64,000 nucleotides of DNA. Origin: Anolis carolinensis (lineage: Eukaryota). A program made the position numbers and the translations under genes. The stretch lies in the NCBI RefSeq assembly GCF_035594765.1, contig NC_085841.1:258312689-258376688 (forward strand), in the 5' to 3' direction. Below the pieces are notes generated by a model. The model ran no database searches, had not been told where the DNA came from, and saw only the letters and a list, made by a program, of their open reading frames with translations. Positions 60,984 to 64,000 of the stretch are shown in pieces. Numbering within the stretch: the first letter of the stretch is position 1; every line of letters starts with the position of its first letter.

Positions 60984-61970
60984 TGTTGTAGCCCAGCCTC
61001 CATCTGAGCTGTCAGGTAAGCCTGAGGTTGGGCCTGTTCAGCCTGTGATTTTCCCTGTACCTGCCTTGTCAGAGGACTCTGGGTTTGGGTCTGATGGTTT
61101 CAAGCAGGCAGCTTGAACTGCATTCTTCAAAGGAGTCAAGGTCAGACATCCTGGTGCCAGATGGACATTCTAGTTTGGATTCTGGAAGTGATAAGTCTAA
61201 TGAGCTTGACAGAAGGAAAGTGATAACTCAGCAGAGGAGAGAAAGAGAGTGTGTCAGAAGATATTCTGATATTCAAACAAAACAATGAGCAGACTTCTCA
61301 CAGGAAGAGACCTTGAGTTTTCCTTAAGAAGGGCTGCTTTCTCAGAAATATTCCGAGGTTGCAACTTTGCTTATTGTAGAGAAAGAGAGAGAGATATCTC
61401 TGCTTCGTGCTCCATGTGAATTTCATATTATTTCCTGAAGCTTTGTACATTGATTCTAGTTCCAGCCTCATTCTTGTTTCTGGGGATTTCTGTGTATCCA
61501 GTTGATATTCCAGTAACCTTGCAGTTTGGATTTCTGCTCCAGCCAAGATCCAGTATTGACTCTGTACCTTGGACTAAACTTGGAGTTTTGTTCCTTGCCT
61601 TGTGTTCCAGCATTGACACTTTGCCTTGGACTAAACTTGGAGTTTTGTTCCTGTGTTCCAGTTTGGCTTCCTGTGTTCCAGTTTGACTTATGCCTTGGAT
61701 TAATCCTTGATATCTTGTTTGGACTATCCTTGATACCTTTCTTGGGTCTCACTTTGATATCCGGGTTAGACTATGTTTTTTGAGTGACTTTTATAGACTC
61801 TTGCTTCAAGATTTTCAAGTACTTTGTTCTTGTGGATTTAAACCCATTCTGTTGACTGTGAACTTTGATTTGCTCTTGCTTGCAAATAATCTTCAATAAA
61901 CAGCTTGCTTGCTAATATTCTGGGGCTTCAGTGTGATTTTGAGATGCCTGCACAGCCTAGGGATGCAGCA
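60984..61970 (+). mobile_element. Solo LTR, 987 bp
   Basis: TG...CA ends, TSD GGCAC / GGCAT, AATAAA near 61895, internal repeat of about 57-bp period (61549-61653). Confidence 0.85.
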
Positions 61971-62844
61971 GGCATGATCTAACACAAGAAAGAGGAAAAA
62001 CTATTGTAGAGTTGTAAGCAGAGATGTATATTTGTTGAGCAATCATTATCTAAATGTGTCTATGTTTATGTACTTATAAGTATTGTTGCTTTTCCTTTTG
62101 CGTGGTCTTTTGTTGTGAAAGATTTTAATTTAAAATATTGGGGGGCGGAATAATATGACACAACAATACCATTTTTGGAAGCAATCCCAGGCCATTCATA
62201 TCTTCTAGTTTCATCTTCAGAGGTAAATATACAGATGTGAAATATTAGAGGACTGCAAATATCTTCCTGCCACTAGGGGAAGAAATGAAGTTGTGTATAA
62301 TATATATACATTTCACCCCCACCATCTGAAATATGAAGATAGGATAGCTGTTGGTACATTGTGATATAATACAGAGACAGAGACAGAGCAAGAGAGAGAA
62401 AAAGATGGGGTAAACTAGTGCTGGGAAAATGACATCTACACATTGGTGAAAATGGGAAGAAAACCGAGTTACATCATTGCAACTGTTTACAAATAATGCA
62501 ATACACTGGCACAGAATATTCTGGGTAATAAATAACAAAACAGAAATTCTAAGAATGCTTTATAATACAATCAATATACAAAATGCATATATTACAAAGT
62601 CAGAATAGTAGGAATAACATTATATTAGAAGATCAATGAAATCAGAAGGGGAGAGACAAATGAGAGATGGACCTGTATGCAATATATTACAACCAGCACT
62701 CTCAGGACTGACTGAAGACCAGAGAACCTTAACTGAAAATGTGTTAATGAGGAAAGTGGCCTTTTTATGCCTGTCCCTCACCATTTATGAAATAGAGTTC
62801 TCACAGTATTTCTCTCAAACAGCTGCTGTTTCCTCTCTACTTCA

Positions 62845-63072
62845 CTCAGAATCTGGAGTAGAATGAGGATAGATGGTTATGTTTTGGGTGGCTTTTTTTA
62901 GCAGCTACAGAATCCAAACTGTCACATGGTGCTCAGTTTCAGGAACCGCTGATTTAAAGCAATTTCTGAAAACAGATATTTCATCTCCCGGTCTGAAGTG
63001 GTGTCTTGTACCATTTTATATACAAGAAGGAGGCATGTGCATGCATAGGCAGCTTTGCTTTCATGGTGGAGT
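62845..63072 (+). repeat. Dispersed direct repeat, copy 2
   Basis: See 59586-59818. Confidence 0.9.
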
Positions 63073-63920
63073 AAGCTCCCGCTTGCTAATTTGGGGGCTT
63101 TAATGCTTCAGTGAGTATGGAATCCAAAGTGATACTATATTTTAATCCCTTTCTTTCTCAACAGCACATTAAGCTCCCCCTCCTCCCCATACACACATGC
63201 AAATTCCCTCACACTCACACATATCACACCCACACACAATCACTCATATACCAAGAAATATAAACATACACTCCTACAGCACAGATTTAAAATCAGTGGT
63301 TGCCTCCCCCCAGTGATCGGTTCCACTCTTTCAGCGGCAGCTGAATAGGGAAAGCATGCCTTGTGCTAGGCTGTGCGGGAGGGAGGCATCTTTGTGCTCA
63401 GCCTGGAGGCTGGGCTCATTGGGTATCAAAAGGACCCCCGCCAGAAGCATAGCTCTGTGAGCTGGAAAAATGGGGAGCCCCCTGCCCCTCCATGACAATG
63501 AACAAAAGGGTTTAGTAGCACAGCTCCTCATTGTATTGTCCCACATGATTATTCTTATTCTCACCCATTCCCCTGTATCCCATTTCCCCCCTGTGATGGT
63601 ATGGTTCCTGACTCAACCCCCAAGGCTTTTCAGTCTAACAGTAATCTCAGCACAGCAGTAACATGTCATTCCCTTATTATCCCACTCAGCACGATACCTC
63701 TTTAATTGAGAAATTAAAGGTGATTGTCCTTAAATGCTCAAACATAGAAACTGAGAAAAATCAGAGATATCAAGTATTTGATTCTTTGCTTTCTTTTTCT
63801 CTACATTTTCCAGATCTACTGTCTTTAGTGTGTGTGTTTGGGGGTAGGGTTATAAGTATGCTTGAGGTTACATGCAGAAATTCATACACTGAACCAAATG
63901 CTTTCACTACCTGACCCAAA

Positions 63921-64000
63921 GGCCCCTTCTACACTGGCATATAAAACCCAGATTATCTGCTTTGAACTGGATTATCTGGCAGTGTAGATTCATATAATCC
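63921..64000. mobile_element. PIF/Harbinger-type MITE cut by window end
   Basis: GGCCCCTTCTACACTGGCATATAAAACCCAGATTATCTGCTTTGAACTGG as at 11784. Confidence 0.88.

Overview
Vertebrate, lizard-type genomic DNA. The repeat families (Sauria SINE, CR1 with ATTCTATG tails, BovB-type RTE, R4/Dong, Penelope, small hAT and Harbinger MITEs) point to a squamate, most likely Anolis; this is my recognition, not a database result. I find no supportable host protein-coding exon, rRNA, tRNA gene or CRISPR array, so the window reads as intron or gene desert. Protein-like ORFs are retroelement remnants: an R4/Dong C-terminus (467-1153, zinc knuckle plus restriction-like endonuclease), a decayed CR1 ORF2 (42878-44729) and BovB-type fragments. 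There are three solo LTRs, many SINEs and MITEs, several nested insertions with readable target-site duplications (TSDs) and a 177-nt N gap. The most unusual signals are: (1) a near-identical inverted copy of unique local DNA (3268-3662) fused to the 5' end of a young CR1 tail at 6221-6707; (2) a fold-back hairpin at the 5' truncation of another CR1 (36146-36222); (3) an inverted-polarity (TAA)n at the 5' end of the R4/Dong copy; (4) a 91-bp direct duplication bracketing an LTR-like fragment; (5) a canonical REST/RE1 site in a GC-box/CCAAT/splice-site context in a repeat-free block near 50.5 kb; (6) an old ~270-bp dispersed duplication. I do not see evidence for a new multi-gene system; the best candidate for new biology is repeated templated DNA capture at non-LTR 5' junctions. 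Family names are from memory, and boundaries of old elements are approximate.
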